NCBI GenBank assembly: GCA_013265495.1
Contig: MU057801.1
Location: 1,419,879 to 1,483,878 of the forward strand
DNA from: Vicugna vicugna
Lineage: Eukaryota
DNA: 64,000 nt
Direction of reading: 5' to 3'
The notes beneath the pieces are model-generated. The model did no database searches, was not told where the DNA came from, and saw only the letters and a list, made by a program, of their open reading frames with translations. Positions 48,431 through 62,775 of the stretch are shown in pieces. How positions within the stretch are numbered: position 1 is the stretch's first letter; each line of letters opens with the position of its first letter. A program made the position numbers and the translations under genes.

Positions 48431-49656
48431 GGCCGCGCGTCGCTGAGCCCGAGCCCGAGGGCGGCGGCGGGGCGGCGGGCGCGGCGGGGCGCAGACCCGG
48501 AGGACCCGCCGCCGAGGTGCCCGAGCCGTCAGCCCGGCCTCGCCCAGCCCGGCTCCCAGCCGCTGCGCATCCTCTGTCGGCCGGGGTTTCGGCTTCTCTG
48601 AACTTTGGCTTCAGACTGTTGCATCCTCGTCGCGACCTTTGCTCCGACGCGGCCTCGCCCTGCAGGCCGCCAGCATCTCTTCCTTCTCCCTGGGCAGTTT
48701 CGCACCGCCCCTCCCTCGGTTTCCCTTCCCCTCTCTCCCTCTTTCCCGCTCCCCCTCCGCTTCCTTTCTTCCTCCCCGCCCGCCCTCCTTCCTACCCATC
48801 CTTTCCTTCCCCACCTTCGCCCTCTGCATTTTCCCCTCCTCTGTCTCCGCTCCTTCCCTCCCTCCGTCTCCCCATCTACGTGGGCTCCCGCTCCTGTGGT
48901 CCAGCTCCGTCCACTCCCTTGTCTCCCTAGGCCTTTACAGTCAGGATTCTGCCTGTCTTCTTTCCTTCTGGCACCTGTCCCCACCCCCTTCCGGAGAGCC
49001 CCAGACCCATCCTGCCCTCCTCTCTGCAGCCTCCACCCTTCTGGGCTCCCCAGGCTAACAGAGGGGGCTCCAACCTGGGGCATGGACAGTGAAGCCACAG
49101 CTTTCCCCCATATTTTTATAATAATGAACCTGAACAAAACCTGGATGAACTGCCCCCCTCCCCAGATGATGTCTGGAAATACCCTCGTCTGGATGGTTTC
49201 TCAGTGCCCAGTGGTTGGGTTTCTCTTTGCTTCCCCTGAGATGATGTTAGACTGGGGCAGGAGTCGGGGGCACGGGGGCCACTGGTATTTTCTGTAGTTA
49301 GAAAGTCATGCGTGCCTGGAGGTGCCCCATCTCACCCTCCACACCCAACAGGAGGGAATCCGGCATATGGTAGACGCATCAGCACTGGTTTTGGTATTCA
49401 GGGGTCAGCACATTTGTTAATTTAAACCACAAACTGCTTCTGGGTACAAAGGTGCAATCTGGCTTCTGGTTTGCAAGGGGATAGGGGTCGGAAAAAACCC
49501 AAAAAGTGTCTTCCAGAGCGGGCACAGGCTCTGTTACCTGCTTCCAAGTTCAGGCGCGCTGGTGGCAGGACCCTGGACATAAAACTGCAATTTCTGTAGT
49601 CATAGAAATGTCACTGGTGAGAGCCTTACATCACCTGTTAAACATGGCTGCCTTTG

Positions 49657-49662
49657 AATAAA
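49657..49662 (+). terminator. Candidate PAX1 polyadenylation signal
   Basis: First AATAAA I see after the stop codon. Tandem AATAAA at 51466-51476 is an alternative, and usage cannot be determined from sequence. Confidence 0.3.
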
Positions 49663-51532
49663 GGAGAGCATCGAAAGTGCGCTTCGTGAGGGTGGGCCAG
49701 TCTGTCTAGCCTGGACTGCTGTGTCGGTGTCTCCCACCCCCTGGAGCCCCGCATTTCCAGCAGGAACACTGGTTAGAGGGGTTGTTTTTACTGGTTTACT
49801 CATTAGCACTGGCAGCACCGGCTGGGCAGGAGGTGGTGGAGGCCGTGAGATGGGAGGGCCACTTTCAGGGACCCGCCCCTGGAAACTCCAGGTCAGCCCT
49901 GGGGAACTGAGACAAGGAGACAACGCGGAAACCATCCCAAAGTGAAGTCATTTCTTAGAGGGAAAAAATGGGCAGGGGGCAGCGAGGAGCAGTGGAGGAC
50001 GTTCTCAGAACCTTTTTAACAATCTGAAAGTTAAAGAAAATGATCACAGGCTACCGGGCGGCCCAGGGGTTCCTCACTGCAAAGGCGTCTCTGGCTAATG
50101 GGTTTTGTTTTTCCGCCCTGTGTTTGGCTTTCTGAACCTGACAGAAGAGAGTTCTGAATGGATGGTTTTGCTTGTGAGCAGGGCTGCCTGCTCGGACGCG
50201 TGCAAGACACCTGTGGCGAAATTGTTTGCATTACTTCTCACGGCAGTAGTTTCTGCTGAAGGTAGTCAACAAAACTAAAAAAGAATGTCTACTTTTCTCA
50301 TACAGCAACTTTTCTCCCCGAGTCTTCAAAGTCTCTTGCCTATAAAAAAAATTCTATTTTATAGACAGGAATATCAAGGCCTAGAGCTTTGGTTTATTTC
50401 TCTGGACCACATACAGCAAGCTGTGGATCACAGGGCTTGGACATGGAATCTGTGTGACACCATCTTAGCAGAGAGCAGGACCGGGGCTTGGACTTCGAGC
50501 CTGGGGCCCTCAGCCTGTGGCACTGGCCTTTCCTGCAGGGAGGCTGCTCAGAAGAATATTAGCACTGAAGTGTGAAAAAGAAGCATGTTCTCAAGTCCTC
50601 GTCCTCTCAGCCTGTCTTAGCTGAGTTCATCTACACCACGGGATTCTCACGCATCCATCTTCGGTGCCCAGAGGACTGGCTGGCTTGGACCAGGAAGAAG
50701 GCGCCTTGCCTTTGCAGAAGAAGTGAGAAGACTGTCTCTGGTTGCTGCTATCCTTTTTCCTCTGCCGCTCGCTCCCCACCCTGCCTCTGGGCTGGCCAGG
50801 ATTGGGGTGAGAAGCGCTGGAAAGTGCAGCCCAGGAAGGATGCAGGTGCCTAGGCTGTAAATTCCCCTGCAAAGGGAGGGAGGCGCTTTCCAGAGCTGTC
50901 CTCTGCGGTTCACCACACAGTGCGGCTGGAGGAGGGTCTTCCAGGGTTCACTGGGCCCCAGAGGAGCATTCACGGGGCCAGCTTGCTTTGCCACGCCCTG
51001 GGGGATGTGCAGGGCTCTCCTTCCTCCCTTGAGGCTGCGGGCCCTGGAATGTCTCAGCAAGCGCAGGGGTAGCCCTGGCTCCCCTGGGTGAGGCAGAGGC
51101 CTGTGACCTTGCCGAGCCTTGGTGTCCTGTCTGTGAAACAGCCCCTCCTGTGCGTGGCCCTGTGGTGGCTGGCTGGCTGGAGGTGCTGCACATCTCCGGA
51201 GATGATGATTTTTTTGCCATTAACCAGGGACAGGGGAGCCATTTTTAGGGTTGATGGAAGGACCCAGAATTGAAACACTTTTCAAAAGATCCCATTAAAT
51301 ATTGCATCGTTGATCTCCATGCATAGGGCTTGGTGTGTGTGCCAGGGACTCACCATGTTGGGTGGAATAATTTAAGTCATTTCCCAGAGACAGTTTGCAC
51401 TAGCTCCTGCCTTATTATTTTTTAATTTAAAAATAAGGTTTTTTTAAATATAGAGAAGTCCCCACAATAAAATAAACAGAAACTGACACAGAGTCACTCA
51501 AATAACACTTTGATTTGTTGACAGAATTAAAG

Positions 51533-51572
<40 letters not shown>

Positions 51573-51586
51573 GCACATATATACAC
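51533..51586. repeat. Compound (AT)n(AC)n(AT)n microsatellite
   Basis: Read directly from the sequence. Confidence 0.9.
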
Positions 51587-53549
51587 ATCACTTAAAATTC
51601 TAGCAGCACAGAAACATTGAAATGCAAAGTGAAAGTTCCTTCCCATCCTCATCTCTGAACTTACAGGTGAACATTGGTCCAGTCTTTTAGGAAATTCCAG
51701 GAAAAAAGAATTGCGGACAGTGGAACTCTGGAGTCTGTGCTGTCTAAGGGCGTGCTCCAGAGTCTTGCTGGGTTCGCACAGGCGGGGTCTGCGATCCGAG
51801 GTTTGCATCCACTGTATTCACTTTATCCTCTCGAAGGGATACATAGCAACAAGGGTTTACTAGAAACAGAGTATTTGTAAAGAGGGCTGGCTTCGTGCTT
51901 TCAGTGGATACAGACAGGGTTTTGTTGCATCGTTGTCGGAGGAAGCACGTAGAGTGGGTTGTAAGAACTTCCCCGGGAAGGGTGGCTCTTCCTGGCAAGG
52001 AGGAAGCAGAGCCAACCACAGGGCAGGAGACAGAGGCACGAGGGACCCAGAGCATCGTCCTTCCCGAAGGTGTCCTGGCTTGTCCTACAGAGCACGAAGG
52101 AGGATGCTCAAAGCTGTGAGGGCTGAGGAACGTGGTTTTCCTTTCCTCTGAAGGGAGTCCCTCTCTCTAGGTCAGGAAAGAGAGATAGAGGCAAAGGGTG
52201 GGGAAGACCCCTGTCTGAAGAAATACTGGCTGGGAATAAAATGTAAGCATCCAACCCTGGCGCAAGCATGCTTTTCACTTTTCCCAGATTCGCTTGAAAC
52301 CCATGTGGCATCAATCCCCTGGCAGGTGGATCCCGCTTACTGACAACTGTGTTTCCCTGTTTGCTTGTTTCTTGACTCCTGTTCAGGATGATCGGGTTTA
52401 TTTAATGGAGCGGGGCTCTGGGTTAGAGCCACTGTCGATTTCCCGGCATCAGTTTCTCTAGCTAGATTTACACTGGTCGGGGCTTCTTTTCAAAAGAAAC
52501 TACCTGCTCCATGTGATGCTGGAAAACATGAATTTAGAACCTTGCCAAAATGTGCCCGAGGAACTCAGCTGGAAGGACCATGTGTCCGGACAGCCTGCGT
52601 AATAAGAACCATTTGACTGTCTCCTTTCCATGGGCGGGAGTTATGCACAAAATGCGATTTGGTCTTCACCTTGACCTTGCTGCTTGAACCGCAGCCTCAC
52701 TCTCTGTGGCTGAGATATTTCTAGCCAAACTGTTGGATCTCAACTTTTAAAAAAATTCTTCTGTTTTGGGATTTTTTTTTAAAGGACCAAGCAACGAGGA
52801 TTCACACTGTCTGCTTTTTCAAGGCAATAAAATGAAAACCACACATTTAGTAACAATCCAGCTTGGGAATTCTAAACACTTGGAACAATTATACTCAATT
52901 TAGTCTAGTCTCTTCTTTGGAGTTGAAACCAGTCAAAACCTCGGCTTCACTCAGAAGAGCTCCCCTCCAGGAGAGCAGCCTGTGATCCCCGCTGGAACAC
53001 ACATCTGCTTCTGGGCTGGCCAAATCCAAACGTGGAGCCCCAGTTATAGTTTTCATGGGTGATGGAATTTCAGCTGCATTACAATTTAACCACCTGCATT
53101 GCCTTTATTCTTTCTCTTCTTGAGAATGAAATGAGCTGATCAAGTGTTCCTCCAGCTATTAAATGACATTTCCATCCTGTAACATTTGATTTCCTTTTTC
53201 TCTAGTGAGATACATTGACAGGATGGATTATCCCCAGTGGCTTATATTGGCCACACCATTTTCACTGTGGGGGGTTCTCTCAGTCCCTGGGGGATGGGGT
53301 TTTAGCTTTATAAGATTTGATTGTACCCAAAACAAGAAATAATAGAACAAGAACTCTTTAACTAGATGGCTTTAATTTCACAACCAACCTCATGGATGAA
53401 AAATAGGAAGGAAATCTGAATGAACTGAAGGAAATTGATTTTTTAAAAAGAGAACCGAAAGCTTGTGAAACACACAAAAAAACAAACAGCTCCTTTGGCA
53501 GACAAGTTGTAACGCCGTTTGCCTGATCTAAGAAGCCACGGTATCATTC

Positions 53550-53568
53550 TGGCCACCAGGGGGAGCAC
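53550..53568 (+). promoter_or_regulatory. CTCF-like motif
   Basis: TGGCCACCAGGGGGAGCAC versus consensus TGGCCACCAGGGGGCGCTA. Confidence 0.6.
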
Positions 53569-56500
53569 ACATTGTTCCACGAAGATAAAGACGGATACAA
53601 AGATAACACGAAATGTACGAAAAAGCCATCATTCTCTTGAAGTTACCTTGAACCTGCCCAGTTGTGAGCAACACCTGTTTACAGCAGCTGTGCTTTTCCT
53701 GTCGATGTTCTCATTATTCCTGTCATTTATAACCAGATGCTTTGATTCTGGAACAAACAGGACAGGGTGGGCACAGAGTAAAAAACAGATTTTCTAGGCT
53801 CATCCACCTGGGACTTATCAGATAAATGAGATGAGAACCAGGAGCACCTAAAAATAAGTTTCACTTCTAAACTGGACTGCAATAGATACATAGGTCCAAT
53901 TCTTTGAATCTAGAACAAATATGAATTTTTTAAAAGCAACTTAGTCAAAACTGACATCTTCAGAAAATAAATTTCATCTATATTCGTGCAGTTTTGCTAT
54001 TTTTGATTAATTTTGGTTTGAATCGTCCAACTTTAAGCAGCACATCCACTTTTACTGATCTTTTTGAAGTTCTTAATTATTTAAAATCATAATTCACGTT
54101 TAAGGGAAGGGCTGGTCTTTTACGGAGAGGTAGAAGAAGACCGTTCCTTCACTTTGCTGTTTACTTTAGGATAAAGTCCAGAAAGACGGGTTACAGGTGG
54201 GGTACAGAGGATTTCTTCCTTAGCTTTAGAAAGGGGAGGAGCGTCTCTGACAGCCTTTAACCTGGGCGTGCACCCAGGCTGCCAGCTGCGGACACCCTCG
54301 GCGGGATGTGATCTGGGAAGAGACGGGCTGCGTGGTTGGCACACTTGGCTGGGTTCAGAAACCGGTTTTACCACCTGGGAGCTGTGCACTTTGTGAGGAT
54401 TCAGTTAGAAAATAAAGAGTGGAAACTCGGTTTGGGTCACGGTCGGTTGTTCTTAGTGCCATTATTAGCGTTTCCTTCCTGTTTTGGTACGCTCCCCACC
54501 GCCAGTTTAGGGTGAATTCAATCGTGTCACAGCCCTGCAGACCCTATTTGCTGCTTGTCGGCTTTGTGGAAGATACAGGGACCCTCAAGACAACTAATGG
54601 CTAGTCTCTGGGTTTCCTGGGACTTCCTACAGCATCCGAGGGCACCACTGCCGTCAGGAAGCAGTCAGAGCCACAGCCCTGGGACATCCACCAAGACCTT
54701 GAGGCTGCTCGCTGATTCTCTGGCTGGACCTGACTCTAGAACCTGGCCAGGCAGAGTCATGACCGCCCAGGGGCCATCAGGGCTGCGCTGAAGTCGATTT
54801 TGTGTGGCAAGTCCACCCACCTCAGAGTTATGTGGCCATGTTTCCTGTCCCGTCAGCAGCCTGGAAACTGGTGCACAGACACCCCGGCCCCCTCGGTTCT
54901 GCTCGGGGGCTAGAAGGCTGTTGCCTCTGCTGCCCATCTTAGCACCTGGGTTGTGGCTTCGCTGTGTCTTCCTGCTCTTTGCTGAGTAAATGAACTTTCA
55001 GACCCAGTGCCCCCATTCCTGACCCCCTCCCTCTGGCTGGCGGCTGCCAGGGACTTACAGAGATAGCACCAGAACCTTCACCTCCGTCCCTTCGGGGAGC
55101 GTTACACTGAAGACCCCTAGGGAGCTCCCGGGAGGCTCATGGGAGAGGACGTGACCCGTCCCCCTCAGGTGTCCATTCTGGAGTCCAAAGTGTGAGTGAA
55201 ATCTTCATAGTGTGCTGACGTGTAATTAGAGGAAATCCGCAAATGCTCAAAGCCTTAAGAAAACACACACCAAATGTGTGTGACAAAATGACATTTAAAA
55301 AGTGCTGTAGGATGCAGTATGCTAGTGGCAGTCACATCCATCCATCCATCCGTCCATCCGCCCCTGCAGGTCCTCTTACCTAACAATGCTCTTTGCTCTA
55401 GAAGGTGACTGCAGGCTTATTCCGAACGTCTGCGGCCTTGGCAGTGACGTGTGTGAAAACGCATTCGAGTGGAATATGGCAGCTGTTTTCTGACTCGAAT
55501 TTATTTGGAGGTTTTTTTCTCATAAGCCCGATGCTTTTTCCAAAGCAAACAAAGACATTAAAAGGTTTGTAAAAAAGACTCTGTCACACATTGTGAAGTG
55601 CAAAGTGTAAATGAATTTTTATAAGCATGTGGATTTCATTTCTCTTATAATATGCATGAATGTAAAAATTAAAAGAAAATGTGCTGGCGACAATGTGTTT
55701 TTAGTTCCCATTTAGACTTAAAAAATAATCAGAGGTGCCTGAAATATTAAAAACTGAGCGCACTCCTGTCTCCTCTGAAGTCGTTTGAACCATGGGATGA
55801 TGCTTAAAAACTGCCCTCCCTGAAGAGTGGTTTTTTTTTTTAAGCTCTAGCATGGCACTTGGAATTTATATTTTTGTTTTTAGGCACATTCTGCAGTTGA
55901 TGGCCAGACTCATTTCTTCCAGTACTACCTTACTATTGTGCTTTTAAGTTTGGGTAACAGCCTGCTCACATCTAATAGCTGACACACCATGGTCCTGTTT
56001 ACAGGGAGGCAGAAGAGCCCTGAGAGAGGGAAAAAAATAGCAGAGAAAGCTGCGATCGGGCCCTCATGGTCACATGGGGTGGATTCTTTCAAGAATGCGA
56101 AATAACGTTTACGTCTGAGTCGGACTCAGAACCAAAGGTCTCCCAGCTCAGTCAAGAGCGGAGCCAGCACTGTCTTTTTAATTGTCGTGATGGCCTGGCC
56201 TTTGAGAATTACTCAGGTTGTACTAGGCTCCGCATCAGAAGACACTCTGGCTCAGGACTCTCAGCCCATAGGTCGGTGAGAACAAATCACACAGATGTGC
56301 TCTGCCCCGCAGGCTGCGCGCTCCGTGGTGTTATCTACTGCCGGGGCAGTGGTAAGTGTTGGTCCCGAAAGAGAGCGCCTTTGAAAGTTTAATACACATG
56401 AAAATCATACATGGTCGAGTGAACTTCCATCTGTTTTCATCAGTGTGGAGCCTTTCAACTCAGGAGTCCTTGGATAAAAATAAAATTCCCACATACCCTC

Positions 56501-56789
56501 ATACATGTGAAGTGTTCTTGTTTCAAAGTAAGTATTACGGCTGAGAAAGCAAAAGAGACAGTATTGGGAGAAAACGTTCTCGTCTTGAAAGAGCCTTATT
56601 TTTTCATGGGACGCTCTGCTCTGGGTGGACACGTGAAGTCTCTGCTTGTCTCAGGCTTTTCCAGCAGAGGCAGAAGGACACACACCCATGACACCTCACC
56701 CGAAGACGGAGGTTAAGGCCAGGGAGCCGGAGGGCGGGCTGCCCATCTTATGTTACTCACTTTGCTCCCTCCACCCCACCTAGAGTAAA

Positions 56790-57010
56790 AGCCAATATTT
56801 ATTATGTGCCTACTAGGTGCTATGCATGTTTTAAAATACTTTGTGAATATTTTCTAATTCAGTCCTCCCTCAGGGAGGTACTATTTCTGTTCTCACGGGC
56901 AGATGAAGAAATCGAGCAACAGAGAAGTCACGTGAATTCCCTGAGGTTATGCGACCAAGGGCGGGTCCAGAACTTGAGTCCATACATGCTTCCTCAGAGC
57001 CTGTGCTTAA
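56790..57010 (-). mobile_element. MIR
   Basis: atatttattatgtgcctactaggtgc...cagatgaagaaatcgag..cagagaagt. Confidence 0.65.
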
Positions 57011-57202
57011 TCCTTGCAAAACCAGGAGAGTCTGATAATCTTCTCCATTCCCTGCCCAAGTGCAGAGTCTCTGCGCTTACCTTCTTGACTGTTTCTGATG
57101 TCTGTATGATGTTACACTTGTACAGCCCCTGCCTTTGGGGTTGGCTCCAAGGCAGGGCCAATTTATCATTTGTCCCTGACATTTGCAACATTACAATACA
57201 GG

Positions 57203-57726
57203 TGTATCAGCTATCTGTTGCTGTGTAACAAACCATTCCAAAATGTAGTGGCTTAAAGCAACAACAATTTATTATTTGTCGTGATTCTGTGGTCTTGGCT
57301 GGTCTCCTCTGGGCTCACTCACACAGCTGCATTCTGCTGGAGGTTGGCTGGGCTGGAGGGTCCCACAGGGCTTCCCATGCATGGCTGGCGGAGGGTGCTG
57401 ACTGTTGACAGGCCTCCTCAGGTCTGCTCTGCACCGCCTCTTCTCGGGTGGTAAGCCAGACCAGCCTCCTACCCAGACGTCCCAGGGCAGCGGTCCCAGA
57501 CGGCAAAAGTGGAAGCTGCACGGCCTCTCAAAGTCTCTCCCTGGAAGTTGAATAATATCACTTCCTTGGCCTTCTATTGGTCAAAGTGAGGCACCAGGCC
57601 AACTCAGATTCCAGAGGTGATGAAACAGTCTCCACTCCTTGACGTGAGAACAGCAAAGTGAACTTGCCAAGGGACCTGCCTGCCTGGGTGGGAGGAAAGT
57701 CTGGTCAACCTTTGCAATTCACCACA
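57203..57726 (-). mobile_element. MaLR LTR (MLT1-like), apparently a complete solo LTR
   Basis: TGTATCAGCTATCTGTTGCTGTGTAACAAACCA..AGTGGCTTAAAGCAACAAC through TTTGCAATTCACCACA, with TG...CA ends. Confidence 0.75.
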
Positions 57727-58729
57727 GTGGACACCATTTATATATATGTAATATATTAAACTGATTATCAACTTCTAAGTAATCATAGCAAAATATAACT
57801 TTTACAATATTATATCTACAATGTCATCTTCGATGACTTGGAAGTCCCTTTAGCATTTTCTTTCTGGATTCTTATTAAGAGCATTGATGATTATGGTTTA
57901 AAACAGACATGAGTTATGGAATTGGGGAGCACGCCTCGATTGTTAGCAGATTCGATCTGAGTGAGAAGAATGAAGACACTGAATGAATTAAAGAGAAAGA
58001 ACAGCTTCTCCCCAGTTGTCTGCATGCTGGCGGGAACCTGGGAAGGATGAGCTGGTGCGGATGTTTGATGTTTTATTTTAACATTTCTATGTAGACGGGA
58101 AGCTGGAGAGCAGCAGGAGTCATATACTTATGACTGTGTATATATATACACACACCTCCTGATTGTGGCTTCAGTCGTGTACACAGTTAATTCTTGCTTT
58201 CAGACTCTGGGTCTGCAGGCGGCTGTGACAGCAGATGAGTAACTCGACCAGGTCATTGCAACTTTATTTCTGGAGGAATCAGAAGCAGAGTGCTCATCAA
58301 GTGCAAAAGCCCGATGGGGCGAAGGCTGGGCTTAAGGAAGCACCTGAAGCGTTGGCTGCATCCTCGAAGCCTGAACACTTGTGTTTTTGAGATGCATTTT
58401 GCTGAATCCTTAATGTTCTATGCAAGAATTTATTTTTTATTTTATTTAAAAAAATTTTTATTGAGGCCTGGCATCCAGCTCAGAAGAAGGAAAACAACCT
58501 TCTATTTATAGAGAGGAGGGAAAAAACCCTTGTCTTGAGCTGAAAACAGCCTTGCCTCCCCCAGCCCTGAAATGTGGGCTTGTAAGTTGAGGTACGTTCA
58601 GGAACTCTGAGTCTCTACAAGCAGGAGGCCAGCTTTCAGGGCAGGGGCCCCCAGGGGAGCGTCCCCACGCCTTCCCAAATCCAGGTTTTCTCTTGTATTT
58701 GTTGGGGCGGACGCCTGGGGTCACCGCGG

Positions 58730-58900
58730 CCAAGAGCCAGGCTGAGGAGCCAGACCTGACTTCAGCCCCTGGTCGCTGCTAACAGACCGTGTTTCCTGGA
58801 GAGTGTATTCTGCCTTTCCCTAGGCGTCTGGTTCCTCATCTGTAAAATGGGCCTGCCCCCGGGGCTGCCACGAGGGTCACGTAAGCCTTCCCTGCAAATG
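58730..58900 (+). mobile_element. MIR
   Basis: ggagccagacctg...ttcctcatctgtaaaatggg. Confidence 0.6.
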
Positions 58901-59504
58901 TCCATAGCCCAGGGTCCTAGAGGATGACCGTTATTGGCAGTTATTGTTTAGTTCTGGAGCTGTGTCTTCGGGATCTCCGAAGATCACAGGCTGCAGATTT
59001 CTGAACGTCAGACCTCCTGACGTTCCATCCTGACAGTCATTTTCTTACACATTGTTAGAACAAGTAAGACTGCAACAGAGTTTCCCCAGTTTATAAAGGC
59101 AATTTCATATCGAGACAGTTACAAGTACCTTTTCCCTCTGAGGAGGAATTTCTCTATAGGATATGAAAAAACAGAAGGTGCAGAGGAAAAGACTGGGAGA
59201 TTTGACTACCTCCAAATGAAAACATCAGCTTATTTAAAAGTGTTGCAAGTCGAATTCAAAGACAAAGACTACATTTGGGAAAACAGCAATCAGCAGGGGC
59301 GAGACGATCACTGCCCTGGAAAATAAACAGCTGGAAAGAACAGGATTCAGACGGCAAAGGCTGAGAGAACAGTGCGCCAAGCAAGCGGGACAAGAATCAC
59401 ACTTCAGCAGTAATGAGAGGGCGGCAGAACGAAGTCAGCGACCGCGTTTCCTTTGCTCACTGACTGTACAAAGATTCTCCTAAAATGTGGAAGGGCAAGA
59501 GAAA

Positions 59505-59848
59505 CATGATACAAACGAACTTACCGACAAACTGGAAAGAGACTCACAGACACAGAACACAAACTGTGGTTACCAAAAGGGGAAGGGGCGGAGGGGAGGA
59601 TAAAGTAGGAGTCTGGGACTTGCAGATACAAACTACTGTGTAGCAAACAGATAACAAGGGCCTACCGTACAGCCAGGGAACTACAATCAATATCTTGTAA
59701 CACTGAAACATCTGGAAAAGAACCGGAAAAACAATGTATATGTGCATGTGTCACTGAGTCACTCTGCTGTGCACTTGAAACTAACACCGCATCGTAAGTC
59801 AACTGTACTGCAATTAGAAACAAGCAAGCAAGCAAACAAACAAACCAA
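59505..59848 (+). mobile_element. Cetartiodactyl-type L1 3'UTR fragment
   Basis: gactcacagacacagaacacaaactgtggttaccaaaagggg..., ending in an (AAGC)n/(AAAC)n tail. Confidence 0.8.
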
Positions 59849-61897
59849 CCATGGAGGGGCCGGGGCAGGGGGCCTGGTGGCCAGAGGGAGAGGTGGGTGC
59901 TGCTGTTTCTGGAGTCCAGTCTGACAGTGTCACAGGGTGGGGTCCTCAGGACTTGGGCTCTGCTGGCTGTTAGCTCAGGGGAAGGCTGGTGGGTCCGCAT
60001 CTGCAGGAGGGAGGGCAGGATGCAGGAAACTGGGGGAGAGCTGGGCCAGGGAGCCTGGGCGAGAGCTCCGAGGATGGAGTGGCCCTCCAGGGCTGTCCCA
60101 ACCACGGTGAGAGCGTCAGGATGGTGCACCCCTGAAGTGGGTCACTTGGGACAGGAGGGCAGGCCGCCCCCTGCAGCTGTCATCCCCTAAAGGCAGCGTG
60201 GGCTGCGTGCCTCGGCATTCCCTGCCGTGAGACGCTGTGAGCCTGCGTTCCAGCTCCCTCATGCCATCAGATGTGGACACAGAAGAGCTGTGAGGTCGAG
60301 GACCCTTGGGGGTGCCTTCCCGAGCTTCTCAAGGGCAAGGCTGGGGTTCAGTGGCTGTGGACGACCTCACGCTGGGGGCCGGGCCAGAAGAGCGCAAAAC
60401 TGGGCGGGGACACGTCCATCCGTCCTTGGGCAGCAGCTGGTCCCCCTCCGTCTGCCCAGAGGCCGCCTGGCTGCCCCCGGTTGAAAGTTCCCTGTTGGAT
60501 TTCTTGCAGCTTTTCTAGGCTGACCCAAACATATCAGTTTACAGTCTACTTACATTTTTACAAAATAACTCTACATATGTTTAGGCACAGATCTGGAAGT
60601 AGATAGAACATCAAAGCATTAGGAATGCCATCCTAAGGGATCGCCTAAGAGTTTTTTTTTAATTATTTGTATTTTGAAAAATTTCCAGAAAAGATCATTT
60701 TTGTTTATTAAGACAAAGTATATTTTTTTATTTCTACTAAAAGTGGCATAAGAGGGAATAAAGAAAAACAGCTAAAATAAGTATAAGATATTAAAAATGT
60801 GGGATGATGCCTTTAGGAATAAAATGAATGAAAATTTAGAATAAAAAAGGAGTTGAAAACCCAAGAAGCAGAGGTAGAATAAAGTGAACAGCAGGAGAAT
60901 AAAGCAGAGCGGGCAGGAAAACGTGAGACAAGGAAAAGAAGGCATGTAGAGAGGGTGCCGAGAAAAAAGTGGAGTGATAACTTTATCAATAGCTTTTCTC
61001 CTGTGAAACAGGAAGTTACCTTAGAGGCTAAGGTTCATTGAAAAAAAAATTCAAAATGGGAAAAAAGTGACCCAAGAAATTTCTTACATCAGTGACAGTA
61101 ATAACACTTTCATCAATGCTGGAATTTGAATATTTAAAAGTGAATTATAGATTTTATAAAAAAGAATAATCTTTTAGAATTTTTGTTAGAAAAATTCAAG
61201 GCAAAATGTTCCAGCCTTCCATTATTCAAATGTTTTCATCATCAGTGGGACTGAAGACAATAGCATTTTATTCATACCAGAGCAGAAAAACAATGGGACG
61301 GAAAATGCAATTTAAACCAGAAAATAAATAGCTGATCAGCTTAATTTTGTTAAGAAGACGGAGGGAGGAAACACCACCAGTGCGAATGGAAGTTGGAAAT
61401 TCAGCTACGTTGAAAAACGTCCCGGCAAGCGGAGCCACTGGCTTTCAAGTGTGTTAAGTTGGAGAACTCCTTCTGTTTCCGTTTTCCCGCAGAGGGCACC
61501 TTCTGCAGCAGCCGGGCGTGCGCAGCAGGTCGTGAGGAAACGAGGCTGGTGTGGCTGGGGTGGCGCAGGGCACAGCCGTCAGTCTTCCAGTCTCCTCGGT
61601 CCTTTTCTCCCCTTCCCGCGTTCCCAGCCTAAAGCACAGACGTTAGGACTCATGTGATAACAGATCTGAGAGCCCTTGAGACCCCACGCCGGCCCCCCTC
61701 TCCAGTGGCCCCTTCCGGGTCACATAGCTGAGCAAGTATTACATTTAAGCTTTCTCTGCCGGAAGTAAGCACCTCAGATCGTGAAGAGTCTCGTTTATAC
61801 CACGGAAAACAAACCTAAGACGCACCAATGTTGTCGTTTCCTTAGGAAGATTTAAGTTCCCAGCGGGAACGACCGCATTTGTTTGCTGAAACCTGCA

Positions 61898-62056
61898 CGA
61901 CGTGGGATAAATTGTGTCACCCAAAAAGGTAAGTTGAAATCTGACCTCCCGTTGCTCACGAGGGTGATCTTATTTGGAAACAGGGCCTTTGCAGGTGCAA
62001 TCAAGTTAACACGAGGTCATTCGGGGGGTTGCAATTTAACACGACAAGTGACTGGT
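61898..62056 (+). mobile_element. MLT1-like LTR 5' part
   Basis: aattgtgtcacccaaaa...gtgatcttatttggaaacagggcctttgcaggtgcaatcaagttaa..gaggtcat. Confidence 0.65.
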
Positions 62057-62235
62057 TTTCTTTTTATTGAAATATAGTTGATTTACAATGTTGTGCTAAT
62101 TTCATGTATATCACAAAGCGATTCAGCCACATGTATGCGTGTATATTCTTTCTCATATTATTTCCTATTAGAGTTCATTACAAGATACTGAATGTGGTTC
62201 CCCGTGCTGTACGGTAGGACCTTCTTGTTTATTTG
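62057..62235 (-). mobile_element. L1 3' fragment
   Basis: tttttattgaaatatagttgatttacaatgttgtg...acaagatactgaatgtggttcccc. Confidence 0.75.
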
Positions 62236-62721
62236 GTCTGTCCTCCTCAGACTTTCTCTCCACTTCTCAGGGGAGCAATCATGGAACGGAAACTTCCAGA
62301 CTCTTTCTTGCTTCCTTTCCCCCTCAAAAAGGAGCTAATATGGCTGGTGATGGCTTGCTGTGTTTTTAGGTCCGCACTGTCCACTGACGAGGTTACTGGA
62401 CCACAACAGCAAAAGCTAAACAAAACAAGAAAACAAAGCCCAGGCCCCCACCTTCACTTTCTACCTTGTGCTGCTTCCTTCATGAATTGGGAGACGGTGC
62501 CAGGCCCCCAGCTCCCACGCCCCGAGCATCCCAGGACAAGCCCACCCCTGCCTCGCACTCTTCTGGGAGCCTGTGCGGGAGACCTGACATCCTGGAGCTG
62601 ATGGTGGAACCGCAGGGCGGGGGTGTCCCCAGGTCAGGGCAGCCTGGGGGCCCGTCGTGGCCTCCTATCTAACTAACTGCCACCCTCCTGTCCAACTGCT
62701 GCCAAATCTCCTGCTATATTT

Positions 62722-62741
62722 ACTATTATCACTATTATCAC

Positions 62742-62775
<34 letters not shown>

